Assembly (NCBI RefSeq): GCF_009914755.1
Contig: NC_060932.1
DNA: 64,000 nucleotides
Source: the human T2T-CHM13v2.0 reference genome, Homo sapiens
Reading direction: 5' to 3' (one strand)
In this document: piece by piece, positions 14,361 through 31,374 of the stretch
Layout: each line of letters starts with the position of its first letter
How positions within the stretch are numbered: the first letter of the stretch is position 1
The notes under the pieces: model-generated
The model's database searches: none
What the model saw: only the letters and a program-made list of their open reading frames with translations
Told to the model about the DNA's origin: nothing
Program-made: the position numbers and the translations under genes

Positions 14361-15032
14361 AAGATTTTGAAACTCAGATTTGAAATGTTATTTGGCGTTT
14401 ATATTCTGGAGATAGAATGATAGCTTGAACAGATCACCCTCAAGTCTCTCAGAGGTTATCTAATGATTAGTGTATGGGTGAGAACAAGTTATCAGCACCT
14501 AAGTGTATTAAGAATGCATTATAAACAACTGACAATTTTATTTTGTAGGGAATTATAGTTTGTGTGATTTAGAAATACTTATTTTCATATTTGTAGCAAA
14601 TGTCTAGTCAATTTCAGTCTGTCTCAAAAGTGTGGCCATTTCAGCTAATGGGTCCCACCACATTTATATTAGGTTATAAGTAATGCATTGAACTGCATTT
14701 AGCATCCCTAAAATGTTGAGAAAGCTATAACTGGGACTCAGTCTGGCATACTCACATTACAGCCTTGTCCACCTTTTTAACCGTACAGTCTGGTCACATT
14801 TTTTGGGTTATGAAGTCTTATGTATGCAAGAAAGAAGAACTAGGATTTAGTGTCGAGAAAATTAGATATATTTTTTATATTTAATGATTATTTTCTATTG
14901 CTAAATATTTTTATTTTTAATTTCTAATTCTTAACTACATAAAATATATCTGACTTTAAAAAGATTATGGCTATAATAATAAAGAAAAATAAGCATATTT
15001 CTTTTAACCTTTCTTATTTTGTTCCTAACATA

Positions 15033-16611
<1,579 letters not shown>

Positions 16612-17573
16612 TATTTATTTTTATATCTGTGAATTAAGAATGCATAAGTAAAAATAATAGCAACAAAACATTAAAATATTAGTGATCATGTATTTCATGT
16701 AACTAGTCCATCAATATAGGACAGTTAAAAGTGGTTTTGCACTAGCTTTAAGATCTTTGGCAAATGCTTTGCCTAAATTTTCCCAAAGTTTTAAAATGAA
16801 ATACTTTTTACTGAGATGTGATTGGTATAGCTGCATTTCTAAAATAACAGGAAAAATATAGCTTTCAGAACTGTGGTTTGTTTTATTCAGCCCTTAATAA
16901 ACTGAGAATTTACCTAAATAGATTATGGTGATTTTGTTGAACCAATATTTAATAAGCATCTGTATCCCCAGCCCTGGCAATACAAAGATGAATAAGCAGA
17001 GTTTGCTCATAAATCAGTCAGAAGTTGCTGTATGTTTTCTAGCATATAATTCATTGTCTTCTCCTCAGTTTTTACCTATTAGCATTAAATCTCTGATTTC
17101 CAGGAACAAAGTTTCTGAGTTGCCTTCAAATGTATTTTAATTTTGAAACTAGAACAATAATACATCTAGTCAAGAAGTTATAAGATGATGGTTGAATATA
17201 ACAAAATATTTTGGTGCTAGAACTCAGCCTTACACTGTTTTGTATATATACAAATAAATTATGTCCACAACCTGAACTTGAAGCAAATATTGTGTATTTT
17301 TCAGAGATGTATACCTCAGTGGAAAAGGGAAGCCTGTAGCTTTGAATGCCTTTGCTGTTTTTGTTTGTCTGCATTTTAGCTTTTATTTTGTTTTGTTTTG
17401 ACAGAGGGTGGGCCATTGTTCTTACTTTTTAGTTTTTATAGTGGAGTTTTTGGGAGAGGGCATTACTAAATGCATGTTACATTGGTGAAATATGAGTGGA
17501 AAATTGTCAACTGGCACTATTCAAGAATGAATCTCAATGTGCAATCAATAAAAATATGGTCTGTTTTATTCAG

Positions 17574-17691
17574 GTTGGTGCTCTTTTTGTATTGCCATGT
17601 ACCATTAGTAACATACTGATTCCACCTCCCAACCAACTCAGTTCAAGAAAATGGAAGGAATATATAGCTAAAAAGCCTAAAACAATCAGTG
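17574..17691 (+). CDS. MTBP: MTBP exon 11 (118 nt; [39 protein letters not shown](V))
   Basis: ttattcag|GTT...AGTG|gtaagt; inside track ORF 17496..17720. Confidence 0.95.
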
Positions 17692-18054
17692 GTAAGTATT
17701 ACATGTTTCAGTTGTTTTAATGATGCAGCATAGTTAATGTATGTATCAAATTTGAAGTGAAGATAACATTTCTATATGAGAAAACAGGATTTCATATTAT
17801 TGCTACTGATTACCAGGAGTCCACATCATTTTAAGATTTTTAATTGCAACCTACTGTAACATAAAGTATCTCTAACCATATTCATTTAAAATGCTAGTGA
17901 TCTAAAGGCAGAACTCTTGGTTCATTAGATAGCTAATTATACTGAACATGGGTTTTTTAGAGACATTTCAGGAATCAAATTTGTGAAAAGAGCGGTTCAT
18001 TTATTATATGGTACATAAAAAACCTGTGATAATTTTTTGAAGAAATTAGTAGAA

Positions 18055-18356
<302 letters not shown>

Positions 18357-19139
18357 TAAAGTTTTTTATTTAACAGTTTAACTGTATGTTACACAGTATT
18401 CCAAGTATTCTATTTTAGAAATATTGATTCATTTAATTTTTGTAATAACCCCATATACTTATTTTTATCCCCATTTTACAGATGAAGGAATTGGAGCTTA
18501 GAGAAGTGACAGAGCTGTTAATTGGCAGAACCTACGGCTCTGTCACTTCTCCAAGGGTTTGAATCTGTGCTCTTGTGCTCTTTACCACTACACTGTGTTT
18601 CCACTCTGTTCCTCTAGTATGTTCAAGATGTCTTTATCCAAATGAAAATTTCTGTTATAAAATCAGAGATTAAGTCCAAACCCTAGTATTTCATGAGGTG
18701 ATTCTGGCTTAGAATGTTAAAATTGCTTTCCCAAAGTCACATTGGTGAAGTGTGTTCCATCATACTTTGGCCTTGATGTGTGTTTTTTAAATTGAACAAA
18801 AATTGTTTACTTTTTTTTTAGCTTATAGTTTTTGTGACCCATAATGTGATGGGACTAAGAACTGTAATTGAAACTATTATGAAGAAATCTGTAGAAATAC
18901 TCCACAGCGCCCTTGAATTTTGAGGAATACAGTTTTAAAATCAGTAGCTTATACAGTACAGATTTTCTATTTTTCTGTATAAGAAACAGGAGAGATACTG
19001 AATTCTATTTTAGCAGATGTTGAATTTCAAATGTAGGTAAGATATCTATGTGGAAATTTAAATGTAGAGTTTGAAATTTAGATACAGATCTCTAGGTAAT
19101 AGTCAGGGCTGGAGATCTAGATTTTGAGTTTTCCAGCAG

Positions 19140-19620
19140 TTTTGTTTATCTATTGCGTAATAAGCCACCCCGAAACTTAGTGGCTTGAAAGAGCAAACAT
19201 TTTATTTGCTTATAGTTTTGCAGTCTGAGCTGCCCTCAGCAGAGTAGTTCTACTGATCTCACAAGAAGTCATTGATGTGGGTGTTTTGAACTTGCAGATG
19301 ATTTGGAGGCTGGGTTCAGTGGAGCTGGCTGGCTTTCTCTCTCCGTTTAGTCTTAGAGCCTTTTCCTTGCCACATGGTCTTCTCAGATGATCTCTCCTGC
19401 AAGTTAGCTGGAATTTTTCCATGGTGGCTCAGGACAAACATATAGAACTTGAAACTACCAAGACTTTTTAAGGCTTAATCCCAGGACTAGCCCAGTCTTA
19501 CTTCTGTTACATTCCGTTATTTAGAGCTAGTTACAAGAATAGTCTAAATTCAAGGGGGAAGTACCTATCCAAAGGTGTGAATAATAGGAAGCCACCAATG
19601 TAAAAAGTCTACCATAGGTG
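19140..19620. mobile_element. MaLR LTR (MLT1-like)
   Basis: CCACCCCGAAACTTAGTGGCTTGAAAGAGCAAACATTTTATTTGCTTATAGTTTTG is typical of MLT1 (from recall). Confidence 0.65.
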
Positions 19621-19724
19621 CCTGTAAGTTAGGAATGTAGAATGTTAGTTAGGAATGGTTGAAAACAACAATACATAAAGAACATGGCTAGAGAAGAGAG
19701 CCAAGGATAGGGTCTTTAGAAATA

Positions 19725-20052
19725 TAGTCATCCCTCAGTATCCACTGGGGATTGGTTCCAGGACCCCTGTGGATAACAAAATTCCTAGATGCTCAAACCC
19801 CTCATATAAAATGGAGTAGGAGTTGTATATAACTTCTGCACATCCTCCTGTATATTTTACATCATCTCTAGATTACTTATAATGCCTGATACAATGTAAA
19901 TGCTATGTAAATACTTGTTATGCTATATTCTTTTTTTAAATTTGTATTCTTCTTGGTTATTAATTTGTTATTTTTAAATTTTTTTTGGAATATTTTCAAT
20001 TCATGGTTGGTTGAATCCACAGTGTGAAACCCATGGATGTAGAGGCAAATTG
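19725..20052. mobile_element. MER2 (TcMar-Tigger non-autonomous element)
   Basis: TA-flanked; AGTCATCCCTCAGTATCCACTGGGGATTGGTTCCAGGACCCC start and matching inverted end. Confidence 0.85.
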
Positions 20053-21409
20053 TACCTGCATGTAAGGTGAAAGTGGAGAAAAGTTAGGAAATGATATGGT
20101 AAATGGTCTTTGGAAGACCCTAGCAAGTTATCGTTAACATCAGCATTAAAATACCATTTATACAGAGCGTGGTGCAAAGTGTGGGAAATAAAGGAGCATC
20201 AAACTGGGTTTTTACACTTAAGGAAGTAGATTCATTGTCTTTTTCGCTGTGAAATTTATACTCAAGTGAGGAATGTACCTAGGACAATAATTATAAGTCT
20301 GTTTGGCCAACACTGTGAAGGCAAAATGGAAGGTACTTCCAGAGTGTATGACCTAACATAGCCTTAAGAGCTCAAGAAAAGTTTCCTATAGGAGGAGACA
20401 TTATTACTGTAACTTACTGCACCATACTAATACATGAATAAGTGCAGCTTTTAACCCTTCTCATCTCACAGGGAACAAATATATATTTGGTAATTTTGGC
20501 ACTTGCTAAAACAAAATCAGAAATAGATTTTCTGAGTGGCAATATAGTCAATTTCGCTTATTCTACATATAGTCATGGGATAATACTGATCCATTTCTCA
20601 GCTTTACATATGTCTAAAATTGATTAGACATATGTAGACATATGCAATCAGTTAATCATAATATTAACATCTCCTTAATAAACTTGAGTGTATTCTGGCA
20701 ACCCATTCATTATTTATTTTTCCTCTCGTAACTTTCTCCAACTTCAAACTACCATTATGTTGGAACTTCTGATTTTAAGGTAATTTACTCTTAACTTAGG
20801 CTTGGGGGTTTTTTTGGCCTGATTTCCATTGTAATTTTAAGAATATATCATGTGGCTTGATTTGATTTTTTAAAATTATCTCCTCTTGAAATCTGAGCAT
20901 TAATATTGGTAACTTGTGAATAATAATAAGACACAGATCACATAATCTTTGAAACCAGATTGTTGATTACTGATTAGGCTGGATCATTAAGGGCTGATTA
21001 AGCTGACACTTAACAGTATTTAAAAAAAAAATCTTAGAAGTAGAAATAAAATCAAACTGGACAGTTGATTATTCAGTTCTATTCTACCCATAATCCTCTC
21101 TGTAGGATAAATTCTTACCCATTGATGGAACTTTTTTTTGTAAAAATAGAGAAGCTGAGTTTTAGTTAATGTAAAAGCTTCAATAACTCACACCTGGAAA
21201 ACTTCCTATCCCTTCCTAGCATCACTAACAATACCCTTTCTCACTATCAGACTCTCAGATCATTCTCCTACACCATGACTCTGTTTCTCCACAATCTACT
21301 GAATTATGCCCAACTGTCCTCTATTGTTGCCACATATATTCCAGAATCTTCATTCTAACTTTGTACTGTTTCCTAAAAGTATTCCCTGATTTTATTCCTT
21401 TGTGACTTT

Positions 21410-22110
21410 ATTATTCATTCATTCATCTAGTCAGTTATACCTTTTATTCATTTATTTGAATATACAGCAGATATTGTGTATCAAGCATGGTACTGTTATC
21501 TTGGGATTACTGATCCATGAGATAGACTTGAGTCTTCCTCTAATGGAATTTACACTGTACCGCAGAAAATAGATATTCAGAAGTTATTATAACATTGTAT
21601 TTAGTAGTCACTGACTAGAAAAAATCCCCAAGACATAATGAAAAAAGCAAGGTATGCAATAGTTATGGTATTAATGGTAAAAACAAGTTTGTGTGTATTT
21701 AGCATTTAAACATATTTGTATATGCATTAAGTATCTGCTTTTTCAACAGATATTTTTATCGAGCACTTACAATATATTAGGCACTGTTTTACATGCTGGA
21801 CAAGCAGTAAATAGAACAAAATCCTTTCCCTAATGGAGCTTACTTTATGGTAGAGGTCACAGGTTTAGTTTTTCCCCCAGATAGCCATATGACTAGTTCC
21901 TAATTTTTTCAGGTCTTTACTCCAAAATCATTTTTCTCTTTTAGGACCTTTTTTGCCAGCCCATCTAAAGTTACAAACAGACTCTTCTCCTGACCTCTTA
22001 TTCATCTTCCTAGCTTTATCTTTTTACCTTAGTACTCATGCTGTCTATTATACTAAATGTGTGTCTACCTGATGCTTAACAGTTACTCAAAAATATTTGT
22101 TAAATAATGA
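21410..22110. mobile_element. L2 fragments
   Basis: ATTCATTCATTC and TTTTATCGAGCACTTAC...AGGCACTGTT motifs typical of L2 3' ends. Confidence 0.55.
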
Positions 22111-22939
22111 GTGAAGTATATATTTCTAGTTAGTAATAACTGTTCTCCAGACAGATAAAGAAAGACTTTGAATGGACTCCATCCATGTAGTGTGAACCAA
22201 AATTTGTGCTCCAATTTTTATCAGTTTCCTAGGTTTCATCCTTTGATGAAATAAAAAATATGTGTATTAATTTGAACCATCTGATGTTTTTTTATATATC
22301 AAAAATTGTTACTTATCAGCAATTTCACATAGTTTGAACTTAAATGGACAAACAATGCCCAATTTGAAGTATGGTTTAATTATAGTAGTAAATGAATGCC
22401 TTTTAAAATTGGTATTCAATAAAATACCCAGAAATTATGATGATACAGGAAAAATGCAAAAGCACTGTACAAAAAAATGAAATTAAGTCAACCTTATTAC
22501 ATTTCAAAAGAAAAATGCCTATATGTAAAACTTTTATTGAGAAGACAGATGAATAGTGAAAAATGGCTGGCTTGCCGTGTTTACAGAGATATTTTATGAA
22601 ATTGTCAAAAAATTGAATGATCATCTGCAACCTAAACAAATCATAGATAAGTAATAAAAAATTGTATCTCCCATTATTGAAAGCCTACTATGTGCCATAT
22701 GCTGTGGATTCATTATCTTTAATTCTCGAAACAATACTGAGAAGTAGGTTTTTAAAAAAACCTTTATATTACAATTGAGAAAAATAAGGTAATCAAGGAA
22801 ACCAAGAACCTTATCTAATGTCACAGGGTGGAATTAGAATTTCTACCTAATTTTGAATGTATCTAAAGGCCATGCATGATTTCTTTTGTCACATCATGTA
22901 TACTTTTGTTGAAAATAATTTTTAGAACTTGGTCTTTTC

Positions 22940-25167
22940 GGCCTTCGATAAACTTAAACACCCCTTCCTGCTAAAACTCTCAATAAGCTAGGTATTGATG
23001 GAACATATCTCAAAATAATAAGAGCTATTTATGACAAACCCGTAGCCAATATCATACTGAATGGGCAAAACCTGGAAGGATTCCCTTTGAAAACTGGCAC
23101 AAGACAAAGATGCCGTCTCTCACCACTCCTATTCAACATAGTATTGGAAGTTCTGGCCAAGGTAATCAGGCAAGAGAAAGAAATAAAGGGTATTCAGATA
23201 GGAAGAGAGGAAGTCAAATTGTCTCTGTTTGCAGGCAACATGATTGTATATTTAGAAAACTCCATCGTCTCAGCCCAAAATCTCCTTAAGCTGATAAACA
23301 ACTTCAGCAAAGTCTCAGGATACAAAATCAATGTGCAAAAATTACAAACATTCCTATACACCAATAATAGACAAAGAGCCAAATCATGAGTGAACTCCAA
23401 TTCACAATTGCTACAAAGAGAATAAAATACCTAGGAATACAACTTACAAGGGCTGTGAAGGACCTTTTCAAGGAGAACTACAAAGCACTGCTCAAGGAAA
23501 TAAGAGAGGACACAAACAAATGGAAGACTATTTCATGCTCATAGATAGGTAGAATCAATACCGTGAAAATGGCCTTACTGCCCAAAGTAATTTATAGATG
23601 GAATGCTATCCCCATCAAGCTACCACTGACTTTCTTCACAGAATTAGAAAAACTACTTTAAATTTCATATGGAACCAAAAAAGAGCTCATATAGCCAAGA
23701 CAATCCTAAGCAAAAAGAACAGAGCTGGAGGCATCACGCTACATGACTTCAAACTATGCAACAAGACTACAGTAACCAAAACAGCATGGTGCTGGTACCA
23801 AAACAGTTATATAGACCAATGGAACAGAACAGAAGCCTCAGAAATAACGCCACACATCTACAACCATCTGAACTTTGACAAACCTGACAGAAACAAACAA
23901 TGGGGAAAGGATTCCATATTTAATAAATGGTGTTGGGAAAACTGGCTAGCCATATGCAGAAAGCTGAAACTGGACCCCTTCCTTACACCTTATACAAAAA
24001 TTAACTCAAGATGGATTAAAGACTTACACATAAGACCTAAAACCATAAAAACCCTAGAAGAAAACTTAGGCAGTACCATTCAGGACATAGGCATGGGCAA
24101 AGACTTCATGAGTAAAACACTAAAAGCAATGGCAGCAAAAGCCAAAATTGACTAATAGGATCTAATTAAACTAAAGAGCTTCTTCACAGCAAAAGAAACT
24201 ATCATCAGAGTGAACAGGCAACTTACAGAATGGGAGAAAATTTTTGCAATCTATCCATCTGACAAAGGGCTAATATCCAGAATCTACAAGGAACTTAAAC
24301 AAATTTACAAGAAAAAAGCAAACAACCCCATCAAAAACTGGGCTAAGGATATGAACAGACACTTCTCAGAAAAAGACATTTATGCAGCCAATAAACATAT
24401 GAAAAAAAGCTTATCCTCACTGGTCATTAGAGAAATGCAAATCAAAACCACAATGAGATACCATCCCATGCCAGTTAGAATGGCGATCATTAAAAAGTCA
24501 GGAAACAACAGATGCTGGAGAGGATCTGGAGAAATAGGAACACTTATACACTGTTGGTGGGAGTGTCAATTAGTTCAACCATTGTGGAAGACAGTGTGGC
24601 AATTCTTCAATGATCTAGAACCAGAAATACCATTTGACCCAGCCATCCCATTACTGGGTATATACCCAAAGGATTATAAATCATTCTACTATACAGACAC
24701 ATGCACATATATGCTTATTGCTGCACTATTCACAATAGCAAAGACTTGGAACCAACTCAAATGCCCATCAATGATAGACTGGATAAAGAAAATGTGGCAC
24801 ATATACACCATGGAATACTACGCAGCCATAAAAAAGAATGAGTTCATGTCCTTTGCACGGACATGGATGAAGCTGGAAACCGTCATTCTCATCAAACTAA
24901 CACAAGAACAGAAAATCAAACACCACATGTTCTCACTCATAAGTGGGAGTTGAACAATGAGAACACATGGACACAGGGAGGGGAACATCACATACTGGGG
25001 CCTGTCAGGGTATGGGGGGCTAGGGGAGGGATAGCATTAGGAGAAATACCTAATGTAGATGGTTTGATGGGTGCAGCAAAGCACCATGGCACATGTATGC
25101 CTATGTAACAAACCTGCACATTCTGTACATGTATCCCAGAACTTAAAGTATAATAAAGAAAAAAAAA
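22940..25167 (+). mobile_element. 5'-truncated primate L1 (about L1PA6-8): ORF2 RT and C-terminal part, 3'UTR and polyA
   Basis: Track ORFs 23087-24953 are L1 ORF2 fragments ([29 protein letters not shown]) with stops and frameshifts; TSD AACTTGGTCTTTTC at 22926-22939 and 25168-25181. Confidence 0.96.
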
Positions 25168-25517
25168 AACTTGGTCTTTTCAATTTTATGTCTTGATATT
25201 TGTGGAAATAATTTATCCTCATGTAGCAGAATAATAGTATCTGACAATTTTATAATTCTAGATGTTTGATAATTTTAGAACTCTAAACTCCAATATTGCC
25301 TTATATTTTTAAAATTGGAATTCTTTTGAAAAGAAACATGTTAAAGGCACTCTTGGAGAAAATCATATCTGATTGTTTTGTTGACTAACAATTCTTCTAA
25401 TAAAAATATTTTTAGAGGGACTAGATAATGACTGATAAAATGTTTTGAAATGATGAAGCATGTGCCTTTTCCACATTCAAATCACCATGGTGAAAGTATT
25501 TCAAAATAGTGGGCTGA

Positions 25518-26040
25518 CATCAACAGTGGATTGGATAAAGAAAATGTGGTACATATATACCAGGAATACTATGCAGCCATAGAAAAAGATCGTACACGTA
25601 TGCTACGGAATACTATGCAGCCATAAAAAATGATCCATAAACACCATGGACTACTATGCAGCCATAAAAAGATGGTACATATACACCATGAAATACTGTG
25701 CAGCCATAAGAAATGTGGTACATGTACACCATGGAATACTGTGGAACCATGTCCTTTGCAACACCGTGGATGCAACTGGAGGCCATTATCCTAAACGAAT
25801 TATCACAGAAACAGAAAATCAATATCACATTTTCTCACAAATGGAGGCTAAACCCTGGATATACACAAATATAAAGATGGGAACAGTAGGCACTGGGGAC
25901 TCCAAAGGAGAGAAGTTGTGTACTATGTTCACTGTCTGGGTGATGGGATTAATAGAAGCACAAACCTCAACATCACACAATATACCCTCATGAGAAACCT
26001 GCATGTGTACCTCCTGAATCTACACTCAAAGTTCAAATAA
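25518..26040 (+). mobile_element. Short 3' fragment of an older L1 (L1PA15/L1PB-like) with an internal tandem repeat
   Basis: L1 ORF2 end and 3'UTR; TSD AAAATAGTGGGCTGA at 25503-25517 and 26041-26055. Confidence 0.88.
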
Positions 26041-26299
26041 AAAATAGTGGGCTGAAACAGATAAGGTTAAAATAGCACAGTACAAGTGATCTATAAATTT
26101 CATCTTGAGAAATAAAGGACTGATAGGATTTTGAAAGAAATTTTACTGACAGAGACAAAGTATTCTTTTAGTCAACAAATATTTTTCTGTGCCTGCTGTG
26201 TGCAAGGTATTACTGTGGTGCTAGGAATACAGTGGTAAACCTTTCAAGTAACTTGACTACCAACCTTTATTGTACACTTAACTTTATACTCATTCTTTT

Positions 26300-28500
<2,201 letters not shown>

Positions 28501-28576
28501 TAGACTTTAATATATATGTACATACGTAAATACATATGTAATTTTACATCATTAAAGGTTTTTGTTTTTTATAAGG

Positions 28577-28820
28577 ATCACTTTTTGTAAGAATCATTCG
28601 GGTCCTTCAACCTAAATGCAGAGTTTTGTTTATCTCTCTAGTTTAATGATTCTTAACACCAGCTACAAATTAGAATCATTTTGACAGTTATTTAAAGAAT
28701 CACTTTTTTTCTAAGAATCATTTAGGTCCTTCAATCTAAATGCAGAGTTTTGTTTCTCTCTCTAGTTCAATGATTCTTAACACCAGCTGCAAATTAGAAT
28801 CACCTTGACAGTTATTTAAA
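28577..28820. repeat. Tandem duplication of about 122 bp
   Basis: Two highly similar copies starting ATCACTTTTT at 28577 and 28699. Confidence 0.9.
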
Positions 28821-28935
28821 AATGTCAAGCTGAGCTCCACCTGAAAATAATTCAACCCAAATCTCTGGGGTGTCAGTGGTTTGTTAGAGCATCCTTGGTG
28901 GTTCAAATGTATATCCAAGATTGAGAACCTCTGCC
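28763..28935. mobile_element. MER5A-like hAT remnant
   Basis: CAATGATTCTTAAC...AAATTAGAATCACCT...AATCTCTGGGGTG...TTGAGAACCTCTG. Confidence 0.65.
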
Positions 28936-29432
28936 CTAGGTGGTGCTTTCCCCAACACGAGGTGAAATCACTGTCACTGAAGAATCCTTTAGATGCTTTG
29001 AGGCAGAAAAAAAATTGAGAATCACTACTTTAGGCCTTTAATTCCTTATCTAGAAAATGAGAATACTACTACTTCCTTATTGTATCTCAAACTTGTTTGA
29101 ATCAAATTGGTAATGAAGGTACACACTTTCTAAATTCTGCAGTAGCTTTTTGTTATTCGGTCCAATCTTCTATGCTTCTGTGTCTGTTGAACAATAAAGA
29201 AATCATTGCTGTTCATAATGAGTAAGATCTGGAAATATCTTCTGAATGGCTTCTCTATTCATTGTAGCTTTCAAATTGTGTATTTTATTATATAGTAATT
29301 GAGAGGAAATGTATATAGTTTATGATCCTAATATTACTTAATTGTTTAAAATAGTCATGGTGGAATTTATAAATCCTGTGTTTTTATAATTTTCACAGTA
29401 GTGAGTTATACACCTATTCAACAGTACTATTC

Positions 29433-29740
29433 TTCTTTTTTTTTTTCTTTCTTTCTTTTTTTGAGACGGAGTCTTGCTTTGTTGCCCAGGCTGGAATGCA
29501 GTAGCATGATTCGGCTCACTGCAACCTCCACCTCCTGGGTTCAAGCGATTCTCCTGCCTCAGCCTCCCGAGTAGCTAAGATTACAGGCACATGCCACCAC
29601 GCCCAGCTAATTTTTTGTATTTTTAGTAGAGATGGGGTTTCACTGTGTTAGCCAGGATGGTCTTGATCTCCTGACCTCGTGATCCATCCACCTCAGCCTC
29701 CCAAAGTGCTGGGATTACAGGAATGAGCCACCGCACCCGG
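29433..29740 (-). mobile_element. Alu (AluSc/Y-like)
   Basis: TSD ACAGTACTAT on both sides. Confidence 0.92.
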
Positions 29741-31374
29741 ACAGTACTATCTTTTTTTTTTTTTTTTAACTATTTTAGATTCTTTTTAAAATTGAGCCAC
29801 AGTCATTTTCTTGAACAATTTCAGTGGCAGCCTAGTTTTACCCTAAATTGTTCAAAGCTTAGTCTGATGAATAGGGTGGGGTATCAGGCTAGGAAATACA
29901 TTTTTGAAGATGATTTATGAATATAAAGTAATTAGATTTATTTTTTTTTTCTTCTGCCTCCCCAGCTGGCACTAAGGGCTGTTTCAAAAGTTGAGTCTAG
30001 AATTAAACAGTGATCTCATTGTTGAAAAGAGTATAGCCTCCTAAGATGCCTACATTGGAAACTAGATTTTGCTTTATTATTTCATTTTTGGAATGATTAT
30101 TAAAATAATTGGTTATATTATTTTGCCATTTCTTTATGAACATATATAATAACTATCAGTAAGTCGGAATATTCACTTACCCAGAATATCCTGTTTCCCC
30201 CGTAGTCCTGGGATATATTTTTTCCTTCCATCATGTGGAATATTATTTATCCTTTAGATTATTATAATTTTGTTTACATATTAGCTGTTAAAAATGAGTA
30301 TTATAAGGTTTTAAGAACAACTAAGAAACTTATTGACAAAGAATATAACTTGATTTTTGTTATATAAGAATTTTTTTTGCTAATACTAATAAAGACATAA
30401 GACTTTATTGTGGTTTATGTGTTATCTGTAAACTTTGATGCAACTAATAGACACTTGGTAGTTTCTGCTTCTCCCATTTTATCTGTATAGTATATCCAAA
30501 ATATACGTATGCTTTTGGTGGAGAGGGGCATACAAGCCAACACCTTATCAAATAATAATGTAAGTAAACATAACAGTTGAAAATAGACAGACTTTTTTTT
30601 AGTAATCATTTTCCCTTATTACTTTAGGAAGAGTGATGAGGCTGGAATAACTACGCTAATTGTAAATCTGTTACTCTCTGTGGCATTTACATAAAAGTTA
30701 TTTAATAAGTCTTCAATTAACACCTGCCAAATCTGGAGCAACATTTTTTAAATGACTGCAGAGTCATTATGGCTAAGAGAGTTGTTTACAGTAAATATTT
30801 TTCTTTTGAGGAAAATAAGATTGTTGTAATTACAAGCTTCAGTGATTAAAATGCAAATAAAGGTGATGAGATTTAAAATAAATGTGGAAAGAATGTCATA
30901 GATTGAAGATATATATATAAGTTGAATCAGCAAGCAGCTAAAATGGTAAATGAATTAAGGTCACTGTATCTTTTGGCAAACCTTAATTTCTAATAAAACT
31001 GGTAACAACAAGTGTTTTTCTTTTCTAATAACCTTTATTTAAATTCATGTTCTAAAACTGCAGTTTATGAGCAGAATTAATGTCACTCTAGCTATCTAAT
31101 TGTAAAAATTGTTTTTGTTACTTCATCATTGTTTTTGGGAATAGACTATAACCCACGGTATCTTCCTATCTATGAAATAAACTGTAGCTATTGTAATAAA
31201 ATTACAGTACTTTCTTAGTATTTTGGGATGTATATATATATATGTGTGTATATATTACATTCTATATACTACATAAAAGAATCTTTTATTTGCTGTGTGG
31301 TTGTCTATAAAGAACTGAAGTACTGTCAAGAACTTTCTTTTTGTGAGCAGAACTTTACATTCCTAAGATAATTT

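Noticed and set aside
23087-24953. Longest ORFs (185 and 247 aa) as a novel gene
   Set aside because: They are broken L1 ORF2 fragments in a 5'-truncated element.
25541-25750. CRISPR-like repeat-spacer appearance
   Set aside because: The intervening parts are diverged copies of each other and of L1, there are no cas genes, and the context is eukaryotic; reported as an L1 minisatellite.
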